The notes under the pieces were generated by a model. The model did no database searches. It saw only the letters and a program-made list of their open reading frames with translations, and was not told the origin of the DNA. From assembly GCF_963921235.1 (NCBI RefSeq), contig NC_086108.1, positions 10,602,001-10,666,000 on the forward strand: DNA of 64,000 nt, in the 5' to 3' direction. This document shows, in pieces, positions 1 through 12,640 of the stretch. Positions within the stretch are counted from its first letter, which is position 1; each line of letters starts with the position of its first letter. The stretch is from Mobula hypostoma (lineage: Eukaryota). The position numbers and the translations under genes are program-made.

Positions 1-1135
1 TCACTGATCTGATCACATCTACATCACTGATCTGATCCATATCTACATCACTGATCTGACACACATCTACATCACTGATCTGATCCACATCTACATCACT
101 GATCTGACCCACATCTACATCACTGATCTGATCCACATCTACATCACTGATCTGATCCACATCTACATCACTGATCTGACACACATCTACATCACTGATC
201 TGATCCACGTCTACATCACTGATCTGACCCACATCTACATCACTGATCTGACACACATCTACATCACTGATCTGATCCACGTCTACATCACTGATCTGAC
301 CCACGTCTACATCACTGATCTGACCCACGTCTACATCACTGATCTGATCCACGTCTACATCACTTATCTGATCCACATCTACATCACTGATCTTATCCAC
401 GTCTATATCACTGATCTGATCCACAGTCTACATCACTGATCTGATCCACATCTACATCCCTGATCTGACCCACATCTACATCACTGATCTGATCCACGTC
501 TACATCACTGATCTGATCCACAGTCTACATCACTGATCTGATCCACATCTACATCCCTGATCTGACACACATCTACATCACTGATCTGACACACATCTAC
601 ATCACTGATCTGATCCACATCTACATCACTGATCTGATCCACATTACATCACTGATCTGACCCACGTCTACATCACTGATCTTATCCACGTCTATATCAC
701 TGATCTGATCCACAGTCTACATCACTGATCTGACACACATCTACATCACTGATCTGACCCACATCTACATCACTGATCTGATCCACATCTACATCACTGA
801 TCTGATCCACAGTCTACATCACTGATCTGATCCACATCTACATCCCTGATCTGACACACATCTACATCACTGATCTGACACACATCTACATCACTGATCT
901 GATCCACATCTACATCACTGATCTGATCCACATTACATCACTGATCTGACCCACGTCTACATCACTGATCTTATCCACGTCTATATCACTGATCTGACAC
1001 ACATCTACATCACTGATCTGACACACATCTACATCACTGATCTGACCCACGTCTACATCACTGATCTGATCCATATCTATATCACTGATCTGATCCACAG
1101 TCTCGGTCACTGATCTGACCCACAGCCTACATCAC
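1..1135. repeat. 24-bp tandem satellite/minisatellite (consensus ACATCTACATCACTGATCTGATCC), runs off the window start
   Basis: About 47 near-identical units. Occasional 25-nt (CCACAGTCTAC) and 23-nt (ACATTACATC) variants. Confidence 0.97.
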
Positions 1136-1599
1136 TGCACTGGTCAACAGTCAGTGCTCCCGGGTAGTAGAGCAGACCAAATCCTCCAGACCTTAGCACA
1201 AGTCTATCGATCTCTCATTGCCTTGAACATCACACCTCCCTCTTCCCCTAGTTTAGTGGCATCTGTCTATCCCGATGCACTTTGTAGATCCACCCTCTCT
1301 GTGTCCTGCAGAGGTGTGAGGTTAAAATACCCCAAGCCAATTGCAGAAACATTGGCAACAGAATTAACAAGTAATTGGAGTAATTTTAAAACAGACCTAC
1401 TATCCTCTGCCAAGGATTTCATTGTGGCTCTGCTCTCTAAATTGGTTGTGCCAGGTTATTGCCAGATAATGTCAAGCACTCTGACAAATTCAGGGAAGAA
1501 GTTTGGAAATCTGACCATTTAAGGTGGGAACATGCAGTCTACATCAGGACGTGAGAAAAAGAAGCCAAACAGGTTCTCTGAAGAGATTGCAAAACCTTG

Positions 1600-1900
1600 A
1601 GTCTAAACTCTCTTTATCCTGCCCTGGCTCTGTAAACCCCTCTTTCCTCTCCACCCCTCCCTGCATCTGTAACTCCCTCCCTCCCCAATACCCTCATCTC
1701 TGTAACCTCCTTTCTCCCTTACACCCCACCCTATCTCTGTAATATCCTCCCTCCCCTATACCCCTCCCTGTCTCTGTAACCCCCTCCCTCCCTTACCACC
1801 CTCCTGGTCTCTGTAATCTCTTCCAGCCCATGCACCACTCCTTATCTCTGTAATCCAACCCCTCCCTTACACTCATCTCCTTCTCTGTAACTTCTTCTGA
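1600..1900. repeat. Degenerate CT-rich minisatellite (CCCTCCCTRTCTCTGTAAC motif), left half
   Basis: TCTCTGTAA recurs roughly every 30-35 nt. The same motif resumes at 4381-4720 on the other side of the CR1. Confidence 0.8.
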
Positions 1901-1924
1901 AAATTTCAACCCCCAACTTTATAA

Positions 1925-4380
1925 AAACATAGAAACATAGAAAATAGGTGCAGGAGTAGGCCATTCGGCCCTTCGAGCCTGCACCGCCATTTATTATGAT
2001 CATGACTGATCATCCAACTCAGAACCCTGCACCAGCCTTCCCTCCATACCCCCTGATCCCCGTAGCCACAAGGGACATATCTAACTCCCTCTTAAATATA
2101 GCCAATGAACTGGCCTCAACTGTTTCCTGTGGCAGAGAATTCCACAGATTCACCACTCTCTGTGTGAAGAAGTTTTTCCTAATCTCGGTCCTAAAGGCCT
2201 TCCCCTTTATCCTCAAACTGTGACCCCTCGTTCTGGACTTCCCCAACATTGGGAACAATCTTCCTGCATCTAGCCTGTCCAATCCCTTTAGGATTTTATC
2301 CGTTTCAATCAGATCCCCCCTCAATCTTCTAAATTCCAACTAGTACAAGCCCAGTTCATCCAGTCTTTCTTCATATGAAAGTCCTGCCATCCCAGGAATC
2401 AATCTGGTGAACCTTCTTTGTACTCCCTCTATGGCAAGGATGTCTTTCCTCAGATTAGGGGACCAAAACTGCACACAATACTCCAGGTACTCCAGGTCTC
2501 ACCTAGGCCTTGTACAACTGCAGTAGTACCTCCCTGCTCCTGTACTCGAATCCTCTCGCTATAAATGCCAGCATACCATTCGCCTTTTTCACCGCCTGCT
2601 GTACCTGCATGCCCACTTTCAATGACTGGTGTATAATGACACCCAGGTCTCGTTGCACCTCCCCTTTTCCTAATCGGCCACCATTCAGATAATAATCTGT
2701 TTTCCTATTTTTGCCACCAAAGTGGATAACTTCACATTTATACACATTAAATTGCATCTGCCATGAATTTGCCCACTCACCCAACCTATCCAAGTCACCT
2801 TGCATCCTCTTAGCATCCTCCTCACAGCTAACACTGCCGCCCAGCTTCGTGTCATCCGCAAACTTGGAGATGTTGCATTTAATTCCCACATCCTAGTCAT
2901 TAATATATATTGTAAACAACTGGGGTCCCAGCACTGAGCCTTGCGGTACCCCACTAGTGACTGCCGCACATTCTGAAAAGGTCCCGTTTATTCCCACTCT
3001 TTGCTTCCTGTCTGCTAACCAATTCTCTATCCACATCAGTACCTTACCCCCAATACCGTGTGCTTTAAGTTTGCACACTAATCTCCTGTGTGGGACCTTG
3101 TCAAAAGCCTTTTGAAAATCCAAATATACCACATCCACTGCTTCTCCCCTATCCACTCTATTAGTTACATCCTCAAAAAATTCTATGAGATTCGTCAGAC
3201 ATGATTTTCCCTGGTTTCTATCTCCCTCCTTTTTTAAAAAGTGGGGTTACATTAGCCACCCTCCAATCCTCAGGAACTAGTCCAGAATCTAACGAGTTTT
3301 GAAAAATTATCACTAATGCATCCATTATTTCTTGGGCTACTTCCTTAAGCACTCTGGGATGCAGACCATCTGGCCCTGGGGATTTATCTGCCTTTAATCC
3401 CTTCAATTTACCCAACACCACTTCCCTACTAACATGTATTTCGCTCAGTTCCTCCATCTCACTGGACCCTCTGTCCCCTACTATTTCTGGAAGATTATTT
3501 ATGTCCTCCTTAGTGAAGACAGAACCAAAGTAATTATTCAATTGGTCTGCCATGTCCTTGCTCCCCATAATCAATTCACCTGTTTCTGTCTGTGGGGGAC
3601 CTACATTTGTCTTTACCAGTCTTTTTCTTCTTACATATCTATAAAAGCTTTTACAGTCAGTTTTTACGTTCCCTGCCAGTTTTCTCTCATAATCTTTTTT
3701 CCCCCTTCCTAATTAAGCCCTTTGTCCTCCTCTGCTAAACTCTGAATTTCTCCCAGTCCTCAGGTGAGCCACTTTCTCTGGCTAATTTGTATGCTTCTTC
3801 TTTGGAATTGATACTATCCCTAATTTCTCTTGTCAGCCACGGGTGCACTACCTTCCTTGATTTATTCTTTTGCCAAACTGGGATGAACAATTGTTGTAGT
3901 TCATCCATGCAATCCTTAAATGCTTGCCATTGCATGTCCACCGTCAATCCTTTAAGTGTCATTTGCCAGTCTATCTTAACTAATTCACGTCTCATACCTT
4001 CAAAGTTACCCCTCTTTAAGTTCAGAACCTTTGTTTCTGAATTAACTATGTCACTCTCCATCTTAATGAAGAATTCCACCATATTATGGTCTCTCTTACC
4101 CAAGGGGCCTCTCACGACAAGATTGCTAATTAACCCTTCCTCATTGCTCAAAACCCAGTCTTGAATAGCCTACTCTCTAGTTGGTTCCTTGACATGTTGG
4201 TTCAAAAAACCATCCCGCATACATTCCAAGAAATCCTCTTCCTCAGCACCTTTACCAATTTGGTTCACCCAATCTACATGTAGATTGAAGTCACCCATTA
4301 TAACTGCTGTTCCTTTATTGCACACATTTCTAATTTCCTGTTTAATACCATCTCCGACCTCACTACTACTGTTAGGTGGC
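1925..4380 (-). mobile_element. Young CR1 LINE, 5'-truncated ORF2 (end of endonuclease, RT) with stops and an internal deletion
   Basis: ORF pieces KADKSPGPDGLHPRVLKE, VYLDFQKAFDKVPH, GVPQGSVLGP, KFADD, FFTQRVVNLWNSLP. 8-nt (TTTCTATG)n tail at 1925-1945. Confidence 0.95.
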
Positions 4381-4720
4381 CCCCTTAATCACCTACACCC
4401 CTCCTCATCTCTCTAACACCCTTCATTCCCTGCACCCCTCCCTGTCTCTGTAACTCCCTCCCTCCTCTACAGCCCTCCCTGTCTCTGTCTCTTTTACCCA
4501 CCCCCCAAGTCCCCACAATTCTCCTAATTTCTGTAACTCCTTCTCATCCCCACAATTCTACCCCCTGGTAAGCACACCTCTCCTTATCTCTGTAAACCCC
4601 TCCAGCCCTTTCACCCTTCCCCGTCACTGTGACCCCCCCCCTCCAAACCTCACATCCCTCCCTGTCTCTGTAATTCCCCTCATGCCTCTAAACTCCTCTT
4701 TATCTCTGTTACCCTCTCTG
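4381..4720. repeat. Degenerate CT-rich minisatellite, right half
   Basis: Same CCCTCCCTGTCTCTGTAAC units as 1600-1900. Confidence 0.75.
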
Positions 4721-5045
4721 AGATCGCAGCCCCCTTCAAGTTCTGATCTCTGGATAAGACCAGCATGTAATCGCTCTGCTGAGGTGCCCATACTGCAGCC
4801 ACTTGGTCTGGAGATCCAGGCATTCCCTCACTATCTCCCCCTTTGATTAATACATTCCTTAACCTCTACCTTCACAAATAAACTCTTCCCCCTCAGCATC
4901 TCCTTCAGCCCATTGCTAATCTCTCACATGAGGCCCAGATCTCCTGTGATCCTCTTGGATCCCCTCTTTGTTACATTGAAGGCCCAACATGAGTGCAAGG
5001 TGTCACTTGTACTTGGCATTGTTCAGGACCTTTGGAGATCAAAAA

Positions 5046-5890
5046 AATCATTGGCCTTCACGAGATGGGATGTTATGTTGAAATTGTATAAGACATTGGT
5101 GAGGCTGAAATTGGAGTGTTGTGTGCAGTTTTGGTTACCTACCTACAAGAAGGTTGTAAATAAAGATTGAAAGAGTAGAGACAAAATTTACACAAATGTT
5201 GCTAGGTCTGGAGGAGCTGAGTTATCAGGAAAGATAGAATAGGTTAGGACTTTATTCCTTGGAAAATAGAAGATTGAGAGGAGATCTGATAGAGGTATAC
5301 AAAATTAAGAGGTGTATAGATAGGGTAAATGCAAGAAGACTTTTTCCACTGAGGATGGTGTGGTAAACCATATATATATGTTGTAACTGGGTTACCTGTC
5401 TGGACACGCCCTTCTGCTGACTGCCCCTGTGGCTCCTCCCACAGACCCCTGAATAAAGGTGATTGCGCCATTGCTCCTCCTCGCAGTCCAGGGCAGATAC
5501 TCAGCATGGTCGAGGTCACATTTTACTGCTAATAAAAGCCTTTCAGTATTTACTCTACTTCCAGTCTTTACTCTACTTCCAGTCTTTTGGAGTTATTGAT
5601 AGTGGACTATAATAAGAGTTCATGGGTTAAGATTGAAAGATGAAAAGATAAAGGGGGAACATAAGGGGAAACTTCTTCACTCAGAGGGTGGTGAGAGTGT
5701 GGAACATGCTGCCAGCACAAGTGGCACATGCGAGCTTGATTTCAACGTTTAAGAAACATTTGGATAGGTACATGGATGGTGGGGATATGGAGGGCTACGG
5801 TCCTGGTGCAGGTCAATGGGAGTTTAAATGGCTCAGCATTCACTAGATGGGCCAAAGGGCCTGATCCTGTGCTGTACTTTTCTGTGACTC
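5046..5890 (+). mobile_element. Older CR1 3' fragment, interrupted by a short LTR
   Basis: LKLYKTLVRLKLECCVQFW motif and TTCTTCACTCAGAGGGTGGTG. CR1-type 3' UTR GATGGGCCAAAGGGCCTG. Confidence 0.85.
5359..5604 (+). mobile_element. Probable short solo LTR (Gypsy-type), 3' end degraded
   Basis: Starts TGTGGTAAAC and interrupts the CR1. AATAAAA at ~5531. Internal 19-bp tandem duplication TTACTCTACTTCCAGTCTT. Confidence 0.5.
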
Positions 5891-5903
5891 TGTGGCTCCA
5901 CCT

Positions 5904-6135
5904 GTTCCTCATCTCGGTCCTAAAAGGCTTCCGCTTTATCCTCAAACTGTGACCCCTCGTTCTCGACTTCCCCAACATCAGGAACAATCTTCCTGCATCT
6001 AGCCTGTCTAATCCCTTTAGAATTTTCTATGTTTCAATCAGATCCCCCCTCAATCTTCTAAATTCCAGAGAGTACAAACCTAGTTGATCCAATCTTTCAT
6101 CATATGAAAGTGCTGCTAACCCAGGAAACAATCTG
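5904..6135 (-). mobile_element. Fragment of the young CR1 family
   Basis: Near-identical to 2175-2400 (MLGKSRTRGHSLRIK). Confidence 0.85.
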
Positions 6136-6254
6136 TACCCCAGGAGGGATTAGTTTTCTGGGGGTGGTTGATTTAATTTTCAGCTCATTTGGCACAACAT
6201 TGTGGGCCGAAGGGCGTGTTCCTGTGCTGGACTGCTCGATGTTCTTTGTTCTGT

Positions 6255-6690
6255 ATGAGGGGCTATACATGGCTCTGGGCCTGTACTAGCTGGAGTTTAG
6301 GAGAATGAGGGGGAGATCTCTTTTAAACCTACCGAACATTTAGAAGTCTAGATAGAGTGGACGCGGAGAGGATTTTTCCTCCAGTGGATGGAATCTAGGA
6401 CCAGTGGACACAGCCTCAGAATAGAGGGATGTCCATTTAGAACAGACATGAGGAGAAATTTCTTTAGCCAGAGTGCAGTGAATCTGTGGAATTCATTGCC
6501 ACAGGCGGCTGTGTATTTGGTGTTTTTAAAACGGAGGTTCATAGGTTCTCTATTAGTCAGGGTGTCAAAGGCTAAGGGGAGAATCAGGAGAATGAGGTTG
6601 AGAGGGATAATAAATCAATGATGTTGGAATGGCAGAGCAGACTTGATGGGCTGAATGGCCTAATTCCGCTCCTGTGTCTTATGGCTCCAT
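6255..6690 (+). mobile_element. Old CR1 3' fragment
   Basis: ALGLY, GHSLRIEGCPFRTDMRRNFFSQ motifs. 3' UTR GATGGGCTGAATGGCCTAATTC. Confidence 0.85.
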
Positions 6691-7063
6691 GCGCTGACTG
6701 CAACACTGCAGCCTGCATTGGGTGAACTCACTCAGCACTGCTGCAGAGCGCCAGAAACAGGTGTTACCCACAACCTTGCCACAGTGACTGAAGCCAGTTA
6801 AAGTTTATAATCATTATTCAGCTGCTGTAAAACAGGGGCCAGCCAGCTCTCCATCTGTTCTCCTGTGTGTCAGAATGAAATATTCACCACCGCCGCGCTG
6901 ATTTGCATCTGAAAACCAAAAGAAACATGCCCTGATTTATCAACCGCCAATTTTTATCATTTTTCAGTATACTGTAACAGTGTACAGTGACACATTCACA
7001 CATTGTCACACCCGCAGATACTGAGACACACTCACAGATCTGCAGGCGTACATTCCTGCACAC

Positions 7064-7064
7064 A

Positions 7065-7114
<50 letters not shown>
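7064..7114. repeat. (CA)n microsatellite
   Basis: Pure CA run within CA-rich flanks. Confidence 0.95.
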
Positions 7115-7120
<6 letters not shown>

Positions 7121-7547
7121 CACAAACAGACACACGCAAGACATAAATACTGACACCCAGCTATACAAAACGGACACACAAACACACGAACACACAAACA
7201 CATGTATGGCAACACTGTCACTCTCAGATACAGAGCCAAAAGTTCAATGTACATTTATTATCAAAGTACATATATGTCACCCTGACATTCATTTTCTTGT
7301 GGCACACACGGTAAAGCCAAGAAATGCAGTAGAATCAATGAAAGACCACACCCAACAGGATGGACAAATAAACAATGTGCACAAATCCTTCAACCTGATG
7401 GCATGAACGAAGTTGTATACTTTGATAACAGATGAATTTTGAACCTTTGGTGAATCAGTGGAATTCATTGCCATGGGCATCTGTGGACCAAGTCATTGAA
7501 TATATTTAAGGCAGAGATTAGTAAATTCTTGATAAGTCAGGGCGTGA

Positions 7548-8010
7548 AGAGTGAGAGTATCATAGAGGTCTCTCTGCTATCCATCAGGGACATTTATCAG
7601 GACCACTGTGTACCCAGGGCCCTTAGCATTATCGAGGATCCCACCTATTCATCTAGCATTCTCTTTGACTTTTCACCATCAGACAGGAGACTCCGATGCA
7701 TAAAGACAAGAACAGTCAGGATGGGAAACAGCTTCTTCCCTCAGGCTGTTAGGCTTCTGAACTCCCTGCCGCATCGTGTTCAAAGTGTTACTGGTTAATC
7801 TGCTCTGTACCTTACAAAATTTAATTTATGCATTTTGATTTATTTATGCATGAATTCATATGCAGATTTAATCCTTACTCTCCTAAATTACTGTATGTTA
7901 TATGTGTGTATGTGTACTACTGTGCTTTACAGCCTGGTCTGGAGAAATATTAACTTGTTGGACAATATTTATGTATGTAGTTAAAAAGCAATAAACTTGA
8001 CTTGACTTGA
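7548..8010 (+). mobile_element. Rex1/Babar-like LINE 3' end nested in a CR1 3' end (7450-8140)
   Basis: IIEDPTY...TRTVRMGNSFFPQAVRLLNS C-terminal motif. AATAAA followed by a (CTTGA)n tail at ~7990-8010. Confidence 0.75.
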
Positions 8011-9063
8011 TATGGGGAGAAGGCAGAAGTTTTGGGCTGAGGGAGAATGGATCAGCCATGATGAAATGATAGAGAAGATTCGATGGGCCAAATGGTCTAA
8101 TTTTGCCCCTATATCTGAAGGTCTTATGGTCTTATGGTCTTCATTCACTTTCAGTTGATACTATTGAAGGAATTTGTGGGTGGATCTCCAATAAAGTTGT
8201 GGTTATTTCTGCCAATTATGCTGGCCCTCCTGTTTTTACCACATACAAGCCCAATGTACCTAGTTGGTCATTGCATCTCACTCTTAATAATGTCATTCCC
8301 ATATGAGTTACCTTTTCACCAGTATAAGTTCTTAGTTGGAAAGCTGCAGGCTTCAGTTCAGTATCAGAAATGCTGATCAAACTCATTTTGTGGAATGACT
8401 GAAATAGCCGAGCCAGTGTCCAATTCCATTTTAATTAATTTGCCGTTCACTTCTGGTGTAAGCCATATTGCATGTCTAATGTTAGTTTTTACAAGCATGC
8501 AGATTAGTTTTCCTTTTGAAACTAAAACCTGACTCTTTACCTTTTCTTCTTTCATTTGCAGACAAGTTATCTTTGTCTGCCCAACATGATTTCTGTATGT
8601 ATCCTGCTTTGTTGCATTTTCTACAAGTTTCACCTTTAAACCTGCAATTGTCTGGTGTATGTGAGCCCCTGCCACAATGGTAATACAATTTATCATCTAG
8701 GCCAGTTTCTGTTTAATCATTGCAATTTTGTTCAAGCTCACTTTCATTCCTGACGACAACTCAGTTGCACCTCTGTCTGTAGTTTCCACTGAAACAGCGA
8801 TTTCAACTGCTGTGTTAAATGTAAGTTGTGTTTCACTTAGGAACATTGTTGAATGCTTTCTTGGAAGATTCCACAAATTATACAATTTCTTGGTGAATCA
8901 TTGAGTCCATTATTGAACTGGCAATGCTCAATGTCTTTAATTCAGCCACATACACTGAAATGGACTCCCCTTCCTTTTGATTCCACCTATGAAACCTAAA
9001 GAATTCTGCAATCAACAGTGGTTTTGGTTCTAAATGTTCCCGTATTACTTTCACAATATCAGC

Positions 9064-9922
9064 TGTTACGAGAATACACATAAAATTAAGATGTTTGCTG
9101 GCCTGGGCTAGCATCAGTGGCATCAGCAGTTGGTCTGCCACCTGCCCTCAGGGGAAGGAGAGATAAGGAACAATGGAGCAGCGTCTGGAGATGTGTAATG
9201 AAGGGATGTGGGAGGAAGAGCTGTCTGGAGCGGCTCCCCCCTTTGAGCCCTGAACTGTTTGAAGTGATGGACAGGCGATACCCCAGCAGGGGGATAAAAA
9301 GGGACAGGTTCGCTAAGACAGACACACACGCCACCCGAGGTAACGAGACCCTGGAAGCGGTGCGCTTCTCACGAGTGGGTGAGAAGTCCCAGACAACGAC
9401 AAGGGTGGAAAGGTACGATCAGCGGGAACCCGGTGTGTGTCCGCCCTTGCCTGGGTGCCGGGTTCACTGCAGAGGATCGACCGCATCTGGAGGAGGGGTC
9501 ACAGTCGGTGACCTCAGGTGACATCACCAAGGACCCGCCCAAAAGCTGTTTGTGAGCCATCTCGCTGGTCTGTGAGTGAAGCTGTGCTGAATGATGAGTT
9601 GTTCCTATTCTATGTCTCTCTTCCCCCACCTTGTCCATCGCCATGGCAACGATTACTGCGAACTGAACTACAAACTGGACTGAACTTTGAGTCATTTTGA
9701 AATTGGTCATTTACCCCTAGACAACGATAGAGCTTGATTGATGCTGTTATCTTAATTCTGTGCACATGTGTGGTTATCATTGTTGAATTGTTGCATTTAT
9801 TATCCTTTCGATTACTGTGTTGCTTGTTTCTGTAATAAAACTTTCTTAGTTCTAGTACTCCAGACTCCAACTGAGTGATCCATTTCTGCTGGTTTGGCAA
9901 CCCAGTTACGGGGTACGTAACA
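9064..9922 (+). mobile_element. Intact 859-bp solo LTR with 4-bp TSD
   Basis: Inverted termini TGTTACG...CGTAACA. TSD CAGC at 9060-9063 and 9923-9926. TATA-like GATAAAAA near 9293 and AATAAA near 9834. Confidence 0.92.
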
Positions 9923-10502
9923 CAGCCAACCCTATTTTGGCTGGTTTGGTTGGAGAAGTCAAACTCATAAGCAAACTGTACACTTTTCCACCCAAAGCAC
10001 TAGCAAAACTGGTACTTGCTTCTCATCAGCTATTCCATTTGCTTTAAAATACTGCTCAATTAGCTCAGTGAACATCACTCAGTTATCCATTGTGCAATCA
10101 AACATGTCTATGTTTCTGATGTAGCCTGTCATCCCTGCTTTTTAAAAATTTATTATTATCACCCAGTACTCATTGTTTATGAAGTCAGGGATTCTTTTGT
10201 TTTCTGCCCTTTTTTATTTGATTGTTTTTCCTTTTCTGAAGAAAACATGCAGCATGAAAAAATAAAAGAAATTGAGCTGTGCTTTTTTGCAACTAGACTG
10301 TTTCTCACTGTGCTTTTTTAAAACACGAATGTCTCAGTGTGCTTCAACAGGTAGGTAGTCACCTCAAGTTCATTTTAAAAATACCTCTTTGCCACTGTTA
10401 TGTTTCCAAACTCCAAAATATTAAACTAATTAAAAAGAGAACAAGAGAGCCGAGAGGTGCAAGTTTGTTTTACATTGAGCAGGATATACACGTATCATAT
10501 GA

Positions 10503-11589
10503 CAGACAGGAAGCAAAGAGTGGGAATAAACGGGACCTTTTCAGAATGGCGGTGACTAGTGGGGTACCGCAAGGCTCAGTGCTGGGACCCCAGTTGTTTA
10601 CAATATATATTAATGACTTGGATGAGGGAATTAAATGCAGCATCTCCAAGTTTGCGGATGACACGAAGCTGGGTGGCAGTGTTAGCAGTGAGGAGGATGC
10701 TAAGAGGATGCAGAGTGACTTGGATAGGTTGGGTGAGTGGGCAAACTCATGGCAGATGCAATTTAATGTGGATAAATGTGAAGTTATCCACTTTGGTGGC
10801 AAAAATAGGAAAACAGATTATTATCTGAATGGTGGCCGATTAGGAAAAGGGGAGGTGCAACGAGACCTGGGTGTCATTATACACCAGTCATTGAAAGTGG
10901 GCATGCAGGTACAGCAGGCGGTGAAAAAGGCGAATGGTATGCTGGCATTTATAGCGAGAGGATTCGAGTACAGGAGCAGGGAGGTACTACTGCAGTTGTA
11001 CAAGGCCTTGGTGAGACCACACCTGGAGTATTGTGTGCAGTTTTGGTCCCCTAATCTGAGGAAAGACATCTTTGCCATAGAGGGAGTACAAAGAAGGTTC
11101 ACCAGATTGATTCCTGGGATGGCAGGACTTTCATATGAAGAAAGACTGGATGAACTGGGCTTGTACTCATTGGAATTTAGAAGATTGAGGGGGGATCTGA
11201 TTGAAACGTATAAGATCCTAAAGGGATTGGACAGGCTAGATGCAGGAAGATTGTTCCCGATGTTGGGGAAGTCCAGAACGAGGGGTCACAGTTTGAGGAT
11301 AGAGGGGAAGCCATTTAGGACCGAGATTAGGAAAAACTTCTTCACACAGAGAGTGGTGACTCTGTGGAATTCTCTGCCACAGGAAACTGTTGAGGCCAGT
11401 TCATTGGCTATGTTTAAGAGGGAGTTAGATATGGCCCTTGTGGCTACAGGGATCAGGGGGTATGGAGGGAAGGCTGGGGCGGGGTTCTGAGTTGGATGAT
11501 CAGCCATGATCATAATAAATGGCGGTGCAGGCTCGAAGGGCCGAATGGCCTACTCCTGCACCTATTTTCTATGTTTCTATGTTTCTATG
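10503..11589 (+). mobile_element. Young CR1 LINE 3' part with an uninterrupted RT C-terminal frame
   Basis: Open from VTSGVPQGSVLGP through KFADD to the stop at 11490. (TTTCTATG)3 tail. Near-identical to 1925-3015. Confidence 0.96.
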
Positions 11590-11939
11590 TGATAACATGT
11601 GCCATTTACCTACTTTTATAGACAACTCACGATACCTTATGTAAACAGAAAAGAATGCTAATCAAACAACACATTTACAATATTGCGGGCTTATCACAAT
11701 GTTATATCACAACAAAGAATTTTTTCAAATCTGGTCAATCAGCCTGGGCAGCATGCACTCTCTCATCATTTAGGGCTCAAAGAGTTATCAGCAGTGGAGA
11801 GTTGCACTAGGGTGCATGCATCTAATCAGCCCCATTTAGAGGGACACCCTGGGCCCTTTGTAATGCATGTGTCATATCCCAGGTGGGGGAAATATGCTGA
11901 ACCAGGCCAGTTACAATGGAATGAAACATCGCCTGTTGG

Positions 11940-12640
11940 AATTAAAATTAGAATTAGGTTTAAAATCATCAGCATATGTTGTGAAATTTGTTGTCTTTGT
12001 AGCAGCAGTACAATGCAATACATCACAATAGAGAAAAAGACTGTGAAATACAGTAAGTATATACAAACGTATATAATAGTTAAATAGGTAGTGAAAAAAT
12101 AGAAATATAAAAAATAGTGAGGCAGTGTTTGTGGGTTCAACGTCCATTCAGAAATCTGATGGTAGAGGGAAAAAATTTGTTCCTGCATCTCTGAGTGTGT
12201 ACCTTCAGGCTTCTGTACCTCTCCCCTGCTGGTAGCTATGAGATCAAGGTTATGACCTGGGTGATGAGGGTCCTTAATGATGGCGGCCGCCTTTTTGAGG
12301 CATCGCTCCTTGAAGATGTCCTGGATGCTACAGAGGCTAGTGCCCATGATGGAGCTGACTGAGTTTATAATTCCTTGCAGCTTATTTCAATCCTTTGCAG
12401 TAGCCCCCCACCTCATACCAGACGGTGATGCAGTCAGTTAAAATGCTCTTCACTGTACATCTGTTTTTGGAAACATACCAGATTTTCTCAAACTCCGAAT
12501 GAAATATAGCTGCTGTCGTGCCTTCTTTGTAGCTGCATCAATATGTTGGGTCCAGGTCAGATCCTCAGAGGTATCGACACCGAAGGTTTTGAAATTGCTC
12601 ACACTCTCCACTTCTGATCCCTCTTTGAGGACTGGCGTGT
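11940..12640 (-). mobile_element. Rex1/Babar/L2-like LINE 3' fragment
   Basis: SIQDIFKERCLKKAAAIIKDPHHPGH motif. The same family recurs at 19965-20690, 24830-25935 and elsewhere. Confidence 0.8.

Larger units (their letters stand above)
8145..11714 (-). mobile_element. Decayed Gypsy (Mag-like) LTR retrotransposon: 5' LTR (~11714-10396, split by a CR1), PBS, gag with double Zn knuckle, aspartic protease
   Basis: LTR end ...AAACATAACA then GTGGCAAAGAGG, a degenerate TGGCGACGAGG PBS. gag EQYFKANGIADEK and EHLEPKPLLIAEFFRFHRWNQKEGESISVYVAELK. Knuckles CGRGSHTPDNCRFKGETCRKCNKAGYIQKSC. Protease MELDTGSAISVI. Confidence 0.85.

Noticed and set aside
910..1110. DQISDVDV repeat protein
   Set aside because: Translation of the 24-bp satellite. 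The 23- and 25-nt units frameshift the array.
1..1135. CRISPR-like array
   Set aside because: Contiguous repeats with no unique spacers, in a vertebrate context with no cas genes.
1154..1522. 122-aa ORF or possible exon after the acceptor-like CTCTCTGTGTCCTGCAG at ~1311
   Set aside because: Non-ATG start, no recognisable domain, only a weak donor, and no partner exons found.
10339..11490. 383-aa ORF as a host gene or domesticated RT
   Set aside because: The first ~69 codons are antisense Gypsy LTR/PBS sequence plus out-of-frame CR1 that happen to run into a truncated CR1 RT. The remainder is near-identical to other CR1 copies.
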